DNA of 58,592 nt, counting the filler, from Sphacelaria rigidula (taxonomy: Eukaryota), in assembly GCA_964200075.2 (NCBI GenBank). It is 8 parts of 8 records of this genome, joined end to end, with 100 filler letters (N's around TTAATTAATTAA, not from the genome) between each part and the next. Parts side by side here need not be neighbours in the genome. Positions count along the whole stretch, not along the records: positions 1 to 7,237 come from CAXNAA020015823.1; positions 7,338 to 14,574 come from CAXNAA020015824.1; 6 more parts are not named here. The stretch is one strand, 5' to 3'. The notes beneath the pieces are model-generated. The model saw nothing but the letters and a program-made list of their open reading frames with translations. It had not been told where the DNA came from and did no database searches. The first letter of the stretch is position 1; every line of letters begins with the position of its first letter. The position numbers and the translations under genes are program-made. Below, piece by piece: positions 1-11,838 of the stretch.

Positions 1-876
1 AACCTCTTCGTCATGGAGTAATCGAGCTTTGAAATTCGGTCCAGGGGGTGTGCGATGACTCGCACAATTACGGTACCCGAAGGCTCGGCTAGACTACCTC
101 GCGGCAGTCATATCGGAAAGGCTCCTTGAGCATTCGCAAGCTTTGCTCAAGGCAGTGTGGGGAGTGCTTCCACTTGAATCCCCTATCGACTTGGCGCAGT
201 ACACGCGCCGGCCATACTCGCAGGAGCGTCGACCCTAGGTGAAACAACAGCTCGACATACTAATGTGCGAAGGTTATGGTGTGTAGAGTATAACAGAAGG
301 TGTGTGTGTGGGGGGGGGGGGGAGGGGTCGGGTGGTGTGGTCAAGGATACCGGAAGGNNNNNNNNNNGCCGTGGGGTAACTAATTGTTCGAATTCTAATG
401 GTGCGGAGGTTATGGGTGGTAGCTTCTAACAGAAGGTGGGGGTGTGGGGGGGGGGGGATGGGTCGGTTGATGTGCTCAACGATACCGGAATGTGTATTGA
501 TCATCATTCCACTGTGGTACGGCAGGGTATTGAGCCCTGTTTTGGACACTCTGGTACGGTTCGGAAATGCCTTTGCCGACAAAATGCCTCTTTTTCACTC
601 CTTTGTAAATACCCAAATTTCAGCCGATATACCCTACCAGAACGCACACCTTGCCATGTGCAACTGCGCCCCGCCTTCCGCCGTATATACCCGCGCGAGT
701 CAGGGCGGAGGATAATATTCGTCGTTCCCGCTGTTTTATTTTCATGTGTTCGTCGTCGTGTGCTCCACTTTCGTGCTCGCGACAAGATAGGCATAATAAA
801 ATGAGTAACGGTAGGCGGGAATTGAGTTGACACCGTTTTTTTTTTTTGCATTTCTGAAAAACATATTTTTTTGCAG

Positions 877-3800
877 GCCTCCGGCTAGAGATCATCGAGG
901 GAGAGGACGTGAAAGAGAGCCGCACCGAGAATGGGATAGGTCGCGATCGGGGCTTGATGGACCCCTCGGGCGCGATAAAAGGTGTAGAAATAACTATCGA
1001 GATGTGGGGGAGAGTGACTTTACCACGTGGTAGTTGACAGATATTTCTCGGAAATTTGTGATTTGTGCAGGTGCTGATACATTTCGAATAACACTAACCC
1101 TGACCCATACCCCAACTCCAACTAAGACATACCGAGACCCCTCGGGCAAGGGGTGTGCAACATGTTCGCCAGGGGAAGCGTGCGTTGCCAGACCTCAAAT
1201 CGGCGCCCCAGGCGCCGATTTAGACAAAAACGCGTTCTGCGCACGTTGAGAGCACGCCACGAGTACAGCCCTCGGTGTTTACACTAAAATCCAATACTGC
1301 ACCTGTCCACAAGCCGCAAATTTCCGAGAACTAGCTTGAACTACCAAGTGGTGAAGTCTGCTAGTGGGAGATGTTGACGGTTTTGGTGTGACGTATGGAA
1401 AAAACGTAATGAGCACAGAGGTGTTGGAGGTATCTCTGATAGGAGTGGCTGCCCCGCTTACTCGTGCGGCCTCCAGGCCAAGGATCTGTGCACACAGCAG
1501 CTGACCGCGTCCGCCAACGCCGCGGCTATTAACTAGGGGATAACAGGCTGAGTGCCCCTGCCCCACCCTTCCTCTCCCCTCCCCCCTTCCCCCTCAAAAC
1601 TCGAAGTTTCGATCTTGGGGCCTACGTGTCCAGAATATTTCTCCCGGTAGACCCTTGGTTCTGAGTACAAGTCGCTCCATTCTGTAATTTCTTGCCCCGC
1701 CCGGGATCATCACAGAGATGCCGTGGCAGAACGACAGGCCCGAGAATTCCGGCGTGGAGACAGTAACTCCCTTCATGGCTCCCCAGCGCGCGCGCCGCCA
1801 GGCCTCGGCGCGCTCGGCCGGAGAGATTTGGGCATACGAGATTCGGGTATGCCCGAAAAAGACTACGGTCGGGAAGCCTGGGCAGAGCGAGGCGGCAGCA
1901 GTAGAGGTAGGTCTGCAAGTGGCGGCGGCGGCAGGTCAATGGGGAGCGCGGGTGGGACCCCCGGCGGCTGGGGAGAAGAACGAAGTGGGTGGGGGGGTGC
2001 TGCGGGCGACAACAATCACCGCTCCGTCAGTCGCACCCCGGGGTCTCCTTCGTCCCGTACCTCGTCACCCGCCGTGGGCGGCGGCGGGGCGCCGACGTTC
2101 ACACACGGGCGGAGCGGGGTGGATCAACACCGCCGGCGGTCGGATCCTGATATCGATATTCCATACCCGTCCACATCCGGTGATAGTTACCCCCCACTTT
2201 CGGCCTCCGCGGATGGCGGTTCCGCCGCGCCTCTGCCTCCGCGACGCTCCAGCGTCCGAGGTGGGGGGGGTTCTTCCCCGGGATCGCCCGACGCGGGCGC
2301 AGCAGGAGGTGGATTCCACTCTCGAGGCGGTGGCAGTGGTGGCGACAGAGGTGGCGAAGGCGACAGAGGCGGGGGCAGAGGCGGCGGCGGTGGTGGAGGC
2401 AGCGGAGGTGTAGGCGGAGGCGGAGGCGGCAGTGGTAACGATTCGGACAGTTCGGCTTCATCGCGGTCGCGGTCGCGGTCCCCGTTGCGCGTTGCAAACC
2501 CTGATTCCTTCGGCATGGTTGTTGGCTCTTCCGGTGGTAGCGGCAGCGGGGGTGGAAGCGGTGGACATGGCCGCAGGCAGGCGGGCGAGGGGGTGGGGGG
2601 GCGGGACGGTGGAAAGGAGGGAGAAAATGGAGCAACATTGGCGGCGACAGCAGCGGGTCTGGGTGGAGAAGCGGCGTCTTTGAGTCACCGACGTCCTGCG
2701 CCGGCACCCCGACGGTTGTCCGGACTTGCTGCAATCATCGCCGCGCGTGGTGAAGATTCTCCAGAGAGCGAGGTATGCGAGGACGGATCGTGTGTCTGTG
2801 AATTTGTACCAGTGCTCGTGTAGAAATCTTCACCTTCGTCCGCGGTCAGAGGGTGTGGAACGTATCGGCGCTCTCGTGGTTCATCGGCAGCGTGGATTCT
2901 CTCGCTGACATCCCCGAAATCGCGGGAGCTCGAGTTATTTAGAAAACTTATGTGATGGGGAGATGTTGTACAAAAAAGCAAGGAGCGGTGAAAACCTCAA
3001 GCATGGGCACAGGTTGACTTTCGATCGGCCGAGAAAAGGGACGCCTCCGAGTCTTTCTACGATAGTCCTCCCCCCAAAAACAGCCAAAAACTGTCACGAA
3101 AACAAGGATCATACAGCGCCTGATGTTTGGTTTTAGGCTGCGTAAGGAGCCTCATATGAGCGACATGGGCGAAAACGAACCCAAGCGTGAGAATCCCCAG
3201 CTGCTCGTTGTGCTCGGCTTTTTTCATGTCGATTTAAGTGTAGATTTTGCCTCCCCAAACCAGCCACTGTTGCGGGGAAGGCTATCGTAGAAAGTGCCCT
3301 TCACTTCGTGGCAGGGTGTTTTCGCGCTGCAAGCTTCCGTCAAAATAGAGCAGATCAAATCAGATGAGAACGTTGAATCTTGACCGGTTTGGTTACGTTG
3401 CCGTGAAACACATGGTAAAAAGAACAAGCGGCTTGTATGAATAGAATGCATCTCCATGTTCCTGAACCAATTATATATTTTTTCCAATATAGTCTTTGTG
3501 ATTACCGCCTCTATTGATTTGACCCGCTCACTTATGACCCGGGCCCGTCATGTCGGTTCTGTCAACCCCTGGACTGTCATCGCCTAATACCCAGAGTTCG
3601 GATTATGGTCATGCCTATGACCGTGGACGCTGGCACCTAACGCTCAAAGTCTGTCACAGTCCGTTCCCTGTCCCGAGCCCTGATTCTGCGAAGCTTTACT
3701 AACTACAAGTACCCCCCAGTACACCCAGTGAAGGAACTATATCCTACACGCCCTCTATCCTAGCTTAGATAAACCGCAAACATCGCCTATATTATTAACA

Positions 3801-6800
3801 AAAACTCGTTTTCCTTCCCCCCTCCACTCCGTCTTGTCCGGCGAAGACCCGGCGTGCTCCGTCCCAGCTGTGCAGGGGACGGGTTCATAGGTACACCCCC
3901 GTCCCATGTGCTTCGTCTCGAAAGGGATGCGGGGTCAATGGTGAAACGACGAAGGCAAGCGACAAATAAGTAAGCCCCCTCACCCCCTCCCCCTTCACGC
4001 CCGCACCCCTCCCCCCGCCCGTGCGCAGGACCTCCCGACGTTCGGTGCCGACACAGACCTCCATGCCCCGATGATTGCCTCCGGCGGAGCGGAAGAAGAC
4101 GAAGCCGTGGTACCGGGCAGCATAAAGTCGATGGCTCCTACCATAGATTCTTCGTTCTGGCCTTTCCCGACTCCGGCCGTGTTCGACGAATCTGCTGCTG
4201 CCTTGGCCGGTACGGGGGGAAGTGGGGATTCTCCTTCTTCGCTCTTGAAGCAGGAGGTACGTACGCTCAGCCATTTTTCTGCTGGTGGTGGTCCGTTCGT
4301 TGTGGAAACACTATACCACTATATCACAAGAACAGGATAACTTTTTGTACATGTGTATTTTGGTATTTTTGACGGGGAAAGTAGGTTTTATCCTCTGTAT
4401 CTGTCCCTGTCTCTGCCTTTGTCTTTTTTTCTCGAAAGCTGCGTGTGCTTTGATTCAACGGGTTGATCGATCGATGGGTTGGTTCGTTCTGTCTCGTTTT
4501 GTCTTCGTGTCCGCCGCTTCGCATCCACACAGAACATGGTGGCGGGAGCAGGCAGGACAAGGATCTCCAACCCCGCCTCTGCCGCAGTCGGCCGCGACGG
4601 AATCATCACAACAGCAGGATCAACAGCGGCAGCCTCAGCATCGGAATCGGCGTCAGCGTCAGCGTCAGCGTCAGCGTCAGCGTCAGCGTCATTGTCTTTG
4701 GGCATCGGCTCGGGCGGAGGACTCGGAGTAATCGGTGGGCTATCGTCACGAGTTATCGGAACAACAGGAAGCGGGGCAGTGTCTCCATCCCGGGGTGGCG
4801 GACTCGGGGACTCGCCTCAACTCGCCAACGGGGCTCTCGTGGATCCGGAGCCTGAAATAGTTCAAGCGGCGGCAGCTAAGGCGGGCGGTGGCGGCGGCAG
4901 CGCTGTTGTTGAGGGAGGGAAGCAGCGATTGGCATGGGGCATGGGAGCGGTATCTGTTGGGTTTGTGGCGTCTGCTGATGCTGAGGTGAGTGCTTTTACA
5001 AGGATTTTGCCGGAGGGGGAGGGGGAGGGTACTCATGATTCGTAAGGGGGGATTCATGATTTTGCATGTCGTAGTTATAGGACCATTGGCCTCGTGTCCC
5101 TACAAATTCGGGGGAGCGGGAGGAATCTTCACCTCATATCTCTGTATATTTATATTTATATATATATGCCATATCCTTCAGAGGAAAACTCTACCGTAAC
5201 TTCACCAACCCCTTCTTCACGAGACTGTGATTTGGATGATGACCCTGGTTCGTTTCAGTACTATTATTCTCTCGTATTGTACCCAACTGTTATAGTTGAG
5301 CAGAGGAAGTTTATTAACCTTTACCCCGGCCTCCAACCGTCCATCAACCCGTCGAGCTAGTTCTTTGATCAGCTGCGCAGGATGTAGGCACCCTCTACTC
5401 CCCCCCCCGTCGCTCGCCACCCCATTCAAGTAGATGATATTATTATCAGACACCTCTCACCCCCCCGTCCCTTATAAACCAAATTTTCGCCGCTGTTGGT
5501 GTTCGGGATCGGGGTTGAAATGGTATTTGTTGTTTGTATCGTCATTGTTTATCGCGGTGTTGGTTCTTGGTACGTGTTGCTGGTATCACCATTGCCATTT
5601 GTTCTTGTGTCATCAGTCTCCGAGATGGTGAATAATATTTCTTGACGCCTGAGCATGCACTGCACTGGCACTGTACATACAGCGTACCGCAATTGACACT
5701 AGACACAAAATACGTTGATAAGATTTCACGATTGCGCTATTTGTTTCCACGTTGGATCGATGCCGGTCGCCCCGGTGGCTCAGTTGGTAACCTCGAAACC
5801 TTCTGACGGTTGGGTCGTGGGTTCGAACCTCGGAGCGATCTGGGATTTTTGCTCACACAGTGCCCAACCGTAGAGCGACTGTATCGTGGGTATAAAAAAT
5901 TAGACTTGACGGTCGACGAGGGAAAGGGACTGCTGAACCCCGCTCGCGACAGAAAATAAAGACAAGCACCGCAGAAGGAAGGTGGAGTACTAAAAAAAAA
6001 AACTCCTGTGTTGACCTTCCTCCTGTGTGACCCCGGCTGGTGAGTCCACACATACCGAAAGGTGTAGACCGACGCCCAGAATAAATGGGATGACAACACA
6101 ACACACACACACACACACACACTAGATGCTGTCACCTCCTTCCCTTAGAGTTGGCGTCGGTTGTCCACGATGCTGTAAAGCATGTCACTCGCTGTCTCTG
6201 CCAGGCGACCAGGTTGCCGTTTCTTTTTCGCTTGCGTTTTTTTTTTTGCGGTGACCATGATGGTGGTCGAGGCAGATCATATTGTGCGGGGTGGAGAAGC
6301 TCCGCCCCACGCAAAGCGGCTTGTCGTACTACGTCGTGTTCAAATGGTGAGACACCTATGAGGCAATGAAACGACACCTATGAGGCAATGAAATCGCGTG
6401 GCTATCCCTGGAAGTAGCGACGCCAGAAATGGAAGCAAGTCATTGGAGGGTGTCATTCGATATGCAAGATCCTTAGTACGTGGTACGTACACTTCGGGCC
6501 GAACAATCTTCATAGGATGCAGCTCACACTTTGTGCGACTCGCCGAAGAGATAATGGCGCTTCACGCTTGATGGTTGCGAGCGTGGCCCGGCGACGACCT
6601 GGCGTGCTCCGTCCCGGCCTTGTAGGGATGGGATGTCAATGATCCTATGACTGCGACATGCGAAATCATGAGTAAACCCCCCCCCCCCCCTCCCTTCCCC
6701 TCCTTCTCACCTTCCCGTACAGCTGGCTAACGCGTCGCCTTCATCGGACCAGGCAATGGAATCGGCAGCGGTAACGGCAACTGTAACGAGCAGTGACACA

Positions 6801-6971
6801 GGCTCGACGATAGGGGAAAGCTCTGCCTTGTCGGGGCTGACTGGTGGGATTCCTGCTCTAAAGCGGAGCGGAGTTGTAAGCGGAAGCGGAAGCGGATCCA
6901 ATGCAGAGAGTCCGTCGATCCCTCCGACAGGGAAGGCGACAGAGGGCAGGCCTGCGACACTCCAAAAGCGG
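877..6971 (+). CDS. Internal exons of an uncharacterised low-complexity (RG/RS/Gly/Ser-rich) protein; partial gene
   Basis: Five AG/GT-bounded exons with mutually consistent phases: 877-981, 1716-2772, 4029-4256, 4533-4985, 6723-6971. Translation is open across all junctions (RPPARDHRGRGRERE..., RGG/SRSRSRSP tracts, (AS)n from (GCGTCA)n at ~4650-4690). No recognisable folded domain. Confidence 0.7.
1088..1232 (+). mobile_element. Short dispersed non-autonomous repeat with CTAACCCT-like motif and GC-rich hairpin
   Basis: Perfect hairpin AAATCGGCGCC-CCA-GGCGCCGATTT at 1197-1221. Related copies at ~10355-10475 (-) and, weaker, ~11920-12020 (+). Confidence 0.5.
3049..3298. mobile_element. MITE (~250 bp), TIR G(G/A)CACTTTCTACGATAG, 4-bp TSD
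   Basis: TIRs gagtctttctacgatag / ctatcgtagaaagtgcc; flanks ctcc/cttc; internal sequence homologous to 8875-9135. Confidence 0.75.
3831..3973 (+). mobile_element. Two stacked end fragments of the C-run-anchored repeat family
   Basis: cccggcgtgctccgtcc... ending cataggtac-accccc (~3894), then cgtctcgaaagggatgcggggtcaatgg...aataagta-agcccc (~3973); acceptor AG at 4027-4028. Confidence 0.65.
5763..6121 (+). mobile_element. tRNA-derived SINE (tRNA-Gln(CTG)-like head, (CA)n tail), full-length copy
   Basis: A box TGGCTCAGTTGG 5776-5787, B box GGTTCGAACC 5820-5829, anticodon-like stem-loop aacc-TTCTGAC-ggtt, ~270-bp body shared with six other copies, (CA)n tail. Confidence 0.8.
6145..6675 (+). mobile_element. 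Long (~530 bp) copy of the C-run-anchored repeat family
   Basis: Homologous over its length to 45614-46081 (+) and 43049-43812 (-); ends atcatgagta-aacccccccc; contains an internal ~22-bp duplication at ~6350-6393. Confidence 0.75.
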
Positions 6972-7237
6972 GTGCGACTTTGTTGATATATATATATGCG
7001 TATAGGTTGCCTGGTTAACATGGAGCCTACTGCACCAACAGTGGAGTATGTCAATCGGCGAAATTCGGCAGAGGAGTTGGAATTCGCCATAGTTCGGTCG
7101 CACGCTGGCTTCACAGCGATCACCCGGCTCGTATAGGGAAGTTTTTTTTTTTTATCCGATACAAGGTGTTACATACCCCCCCCCTTCCCCCTCCTCTCCC
7201 CCGACCCGCGCGTTCCCCGGCCTCCCCCTGCGCTTGG

Positions 7238-7337
7238 NNNNNNNNNNNNNNNNNNNNNNNNNNNNNNNNNNNNNNNNNNNNTTAATTAATTAANNNNNNN
7301 NNNNNNNNNNNNNNNNNNNNNNNNNNNNNNNNNNNNN
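7238..7337. other. Artificial contig-joining linker
   Basis: N44-TTAATTAATTAA-N44 (stop codons in all six frames); identical linker recurs every 7336-7337 bp. Confidence 0.97.
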
Positions 7338-8229
7338 GTCTGTTGTTGGGGTTATGGTGGGGGGGGTGGTTGTGGGGGTGAGAGTGTGGTGGGGGGGGCA
7401 AGCGATAGCGTTCCGCCACGTGCCGTCGTATCGTCTTCAAAAGCTTCATCCCGGAGGTTTTCTGGAAAACGTATGACACGTCGATGACAAAACCTTTGCC
7501 AGTCGCGTGCGTAGGTCTTTGAAATAAATGTTTCTACGCTGTAATTTTCGTCCGTCGGTTTGGGATTTGACTTCGTTTGGGATCACACGGCTAGGGGTGT
7601 CAGGGCTCACCGTGCATAGATGGTCACCTTTTCGGAGTATTCCCGCCCCCAGGAAGAGTCTTCTACAGAGTAAACTATTTCCTATCGGCAAATCCAATAA
7701 TATATTAACATATGCGTGGTCAACACCGTTTCTGTACGTTACGCTTCACCTGGATCCATTCCCTGAGCGCAGGTTGCCGTCCCACCAGCTAGGCGGAAAT
7801 CATCAACGACGTTGCCGAATACCGGTAGTCAAAAAATGATGCATCAAAGCTAACTTCGGCATAGTTAGTTGATTAGAATCGCGGCAGGAGAGCCGCGTTC
7901 ATGGTTCCCGTCGTCCGCGGGAGCGTGAAAGTGAAAAGCTGGCGACGACAAAAAAAACGGTGTTACATATGGACGGGCTACGGAAGTGCTAGTCTGTTGC
8001 TCCCTAATCGAGCACAAGGCAAGAGCTGTGGTGGGGGAGAGATGTATTGGCCACTCGAAGCCACGAGCTCGTGCCGACGGAAGGGGGAAGAAACTCAGAG
8101 TACAATAAAAAAACAGGAAGCATGCGTGTACGGCAGATAACAGAGCATACTGTATCATGTCACCCCCCTGATAAGTTTGTTAACGTCGGTTTTCACAAAA
8201 CCAAATGTGGCGGCCACACTGCCAAATGA

Positions 8230-8420
8230 CTTTTTTCCTCTGTGTTATTCTATTATTTGTCCTTTGCTTGATCTGCTCTGTTTGACTCTTCTACCTGTCC
8301 TTTTTCCCTTCACTCTTCCGCATCGAGTGTTTCAGTTTTATTGTGTCTCGGGTACGTTTATCATGTGGATAATGACTATGGCTGGATCCCTGGTTAATCA
8401 GTTATAGTGCGACTATTAAT
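8230..8420 (+). mobile_element. Probable 3' end of a non-LTR retroelement with (ATCA)n tail
   Basis: Pyrimidine-rich stretch then ggctggatccc...tcagttatagtgcgac followed by (aatc)n; the same end recurs at ~12700-12770. Confidence 0.45.
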
Positions 8421-8874
8421 CAATCAATAATTATGATCAATGAACCAATCGATTGAGGTTTCGAAAAATGTGGTCACCGGGGGTGGGATGGGGGGTGTTA
8501 TACTCCATCACCCCCAGTACGCGCTCACCGGGATGTTGTGTGCATTGTTCCAGGCATTGTCTCCATATCGTGAAAGGGAGTATCTCCAGTACTAGGCAAG
8601 CAAAAAAGGCACCGATAAACCTTGGTGATGCACGGTTCAGAAGTGTTTCATTATTGAAGTCCACGCTTGCGGTACAATATGACGGTTTCACACAACCACG
8701 CGAAAATGCCTACTTTTCAACTCGAGATGCTCAATCCTGGATTGCCAAGGCTTGAGAGTATGTACTTATAGTCGTACATTGACACCGAGTAAAAAGTGTT
8801 TGAACTTTCGCACATGTGCTCAAAATGACGACCAAGTACCATGTCTTTGCAATCGAACAGTTGAACCAATCACA

Positions 8875-9135
8875 GACACTTTCTACGATACCCCCCCCCT
8901 CCCCCCGCCTGACCAAAAAAACACAGCCCAAAACTGTCACGAAGGAAACGGCTGTATAGCGCCTGATGTTTGGTTTCAGGCTGCATTAAGCGCCTCATAT
9001 AGGCGACATAGGCGTAAATGAACGCAAGCGTTGGAATTCCCAGCTGCTCCTTGTGCCCGGCTTTCTACATTTCGATTTACGTGCTCTCTCCCAAATCAGC
9101 GACGTTTTGCGGGGCGGGCTATCGTAGAAAGTGTC
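8875..9135. mobile_element. MITE (261 bp), second copy of the CACTTTCTACGATA family
   Basis: TIRs gacactttctacgata / tatcgtagaaagtgtc; perfect 4-bp TSD CACA (8871-8874, 9136-9139). Confidence 0.8.
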
Positions 9136-9183
9136 CACATTTAAGAGGGAGGTTCTCCTTCTTGCCGGTATCTCGAGACTCAC

Positions 9184-11838
9184 CCGTTCGAGGTATGCTC
9201 CGCTACGGTTGATGTACATGGCGGGGAGAGCAACAGTCGACATCAATGTAAAGGTGCAGGCCAGGATGTACAGGACCTTGAAGTATATCACCAGTCCCTG
9301 GGTTGTGTTTTTGGTAGGCAGCCGAGAACAAGAGCACACGGGGTGCAAGAAAAAGCAGAAAGCAACCATAGCGATGAATAAATTATGTACATATTACTAG
9401 TACTGTACCTCTTGAGGGGTTTCCAACGGGATCCGGAAATGATGAGAGCACGGATGGGTCGATTTGGTTGATTGACTGCTGCACATCGACCACTCCACTA
9501 GGAATCTGGTCGTTGTGACCAGGTCGACGCACTAGAGATGAACAGGCAGGACACTCGCAACAGGAAACGCGAGGAAAGGGAATGGGGGGATGTACTCATG
9601 ATCATGCATGCCATTGTCATATGACCATTGATCTTGCACCCGTACCGAGCCGAGATGGAGCACGCCGGGTTCTCGCCGGACCAGGCTCGCACTCAATCAC
9701 CAAGTGCGAAGCGCCGTGATGCGTTCGGGGAGTCGCATGAATGATGAGTTGCATTCTGCTAAAATTATCCGGCCCGAAGTGTACTGATTATCTTGCATTT
9801 GGATGACAGCCTACAATGAGTTTCCGTCGATGAACCCGTCCTCTCTTCGTCGGGACGAGTCCGCACTCTCGAGTTATCCACCGATATCCTCCCCGATACA
9901 CGCCTCCTTACATTTTGGTCTCGCGGCTTGGGTCAGCACTCACTCTGGCACCGCGTCAGCTGTCGTCAAACAATCTCGGTCAACTACTTTTTTGTTTATT
10001 CACGTCCCCACGCCTTCGACAGTGGACTTCAACAGACACTTCGAAGGAAAACCGCAACGCATCGAAAATCGAACTAACGGTCTCTCCGCCCTAATGGTGA
10101 CAGTGAAGCCGTTACACCACCAGGGGGCGGCGACCATTGTTGTTGATAAAGAGCCCTTCAATATCTGCACAGGTATCCGTTCAATCTGTGACTTTTTCTA
10201 CAACACTTTGAGCCTTGAGGTCGTATCTTCACCATTTCAACGCCCATGCTTTCTGTTCCGAGATTTTCCCGCTGAGAGTCACACGAGATTTCTGGAAGAT
10301 GGCTTGTTGAGAGGAACGCTCAAGAGACATTGGCGATTGGCAGAAGTTAAGCTTAGCGCTAGGGTTTGGATTTGAGCTCTGTTGACGCACACCTTGCGTG
10401 GGACACCGTCTGCATCCCCTTTGTCTGATGTCCCTGTCCGCCTTCGGCTGGGGTGTGGGCCAGGATTAGCCTTCGAGCTTGACGGAAACGAAGTGTGCCT
10501 TGTTCAAGCTGTCGCTGGGTCCGCGTAAACCCGGTGCAATGTACCCCCTTACTGGTGAGCAATTCACGCATTTACGCGTCAAGAAAGTGAAACAAAGTCG
10601 TGCTCACTTCAGGATCTACAACTCACCACTTGCTCCTTTCAATGAATCTGGCATACATACACCAGCTTCCGCAAAGTGTAAGCCACATTAATGACAAATA
10701 CGAGTGTACGGGGGATGCACAGGGTACATGGATATTCTTCCACCTCGTCCTCCATTCTGGAGAGGTGTCCCCGGAATTTTTCAAGTGCAAAAGCTATAAA
10801 ACACACGCCCAGCAAGAACTTCAAGGCCGAATACATGTAATAACAGTTCACCCATGCCGCGTGGGTGAAAGGAAAAACACTGCGTATGCTGCTCAACTGA
10901 AAGCACGCTAGAGGTGATTTCTCCGTAAGTACAAAAGTTGCCACCCCTCCCCCTGATATGTGAGGCACCCATGAGGCAGTGTGGATCCCGTGGCTATCTC
11001 TGGAAGTGGGGATACCAGAGAATGAAGCAACCCATTATAGGTTGCCATCCATATGCAAGACAATCAGTACGCTTCGGGCCGAACAATCTTAGCAGGGTGC
11101 TGCTCATCCTTCATGCGACTCGCCGAGCACATCACGGCGCTTGGCGATTGGCGATTGGTTGCCAGCTTGGTCCAGCGACCACCCGGCATGCTCCGTCCCG
11201 GCTTTGTAGGTATACGACGTCAATCGTTACATGACTACAGCAGGCAGAATCATTAGTCCACCCCTTCCCCCCCCCTCCCTTCAGCAACCAACCCCTCAGC
11301 CAATGTTTCCCGGGTGCGGATAGTCATCAGATTCAAGATCCGATGTAGTCCGATAGCAAACCACTGCATATTGAGACGATTCGCCCTCGCTTCGCAAGAC
11401 CTCGGATCCCGCCACGCTCTGATATTCCACACTTGAGCACTTGCGGGCGAATAAAACACCGATCTGCGGTTTAACTTTCAAGACCACTCATGGACCAACA
11501 ATTCACCCGCAATGTGGTAAGCGATTCACCCACCCCACTCTGGCCAACAAGTCGTCCATTTGACAGCCAAGCACACAGTCACCCGTTTGGGGGCCAGACC
11601 TTTCCAATAACTGCTTTTTAATAACATTCACACGTCTGTGGAGGGCGCAACAAACAGCACACGACCGCGACCAAGCCCTCCCTACAACCCGTCTCACCAC
11701 GCCCAGTTCACCCAGCTCCTCGAAGGTGGTATCGAGCAGCGGAGCTTTTCCTCGCCGGTACTTTTCCGCCGCAGCCTCCTCCTTCGCCTTGTCCCTGTCC
11801 GGGGGGACCCACTGCTTATCTCGGTATGCGTCCCGACC
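9184..11838 (-). CDS. Two exons of a TMC/OSCA-like multi-pass membrane protein (N-terminal region); partial gene
   Basis: Phase-0 exons 11838-11698 and 9297-9184 (CAG acceptors, GTGAG donors) splice to ...WVPPDRDKAKEE...DTTFEELGELGV|GLVIYFKVLYILACTFTLMSTVALPAMYINRSG. This resembles the G-x-G-x-x-x-YF motif preceding TM1 in TMC-like/OSCA-like proteins. Confidence 0.6.
9591..9825 (-). mobile_element. Truncated copy of the C-run-anchored repeat family
   Basis: Reverse complement reads ...cttcgggccggataa...cccggcgtgctcc...gcatgatcatgagtac-atccccc; sense to the - strand host gene. Confidence 0.7.
10957..11260 (+). mobile_element. Truncated copy of the C-run-anchored repeat family
   Basis: Begins after ccccctcccctg, shares cttcgggccgaacaatcttagcagg and ccggcatgctccgtcccggc, ends atcattagt-ccaccccttccccc. 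Confidence 0.7.

Noticed and set aside
76-275. Possible Gypsy pol fragment (RRPYSQERRP*VKQQLDILMCEG)
   Set aside because: Only vague resemblance to the pre-RT region, short and with a stop; not supportable without a search.
260-492. Apparent tandem duplication around a 10-N gap
   Set aside because: Two diverged versions of the same poly-G-containing sequence on either side of a gap; likely a local assembly artefact, as at ~20190-20350 and ~31010-31180.
5763-5840. Functional tRNA-Gln gene
   Set aside because: Imperfect stems and fusion to a conserved 270-bp body in multiple diverged copies indicate a SINE head.
7282-7293. TTAATTAATTAA recurring with ~7.3-kb periodicity as a biological repeat
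   Set aside because: Always embedded in N44 runs; it is an all-frame-stop assembly linker.
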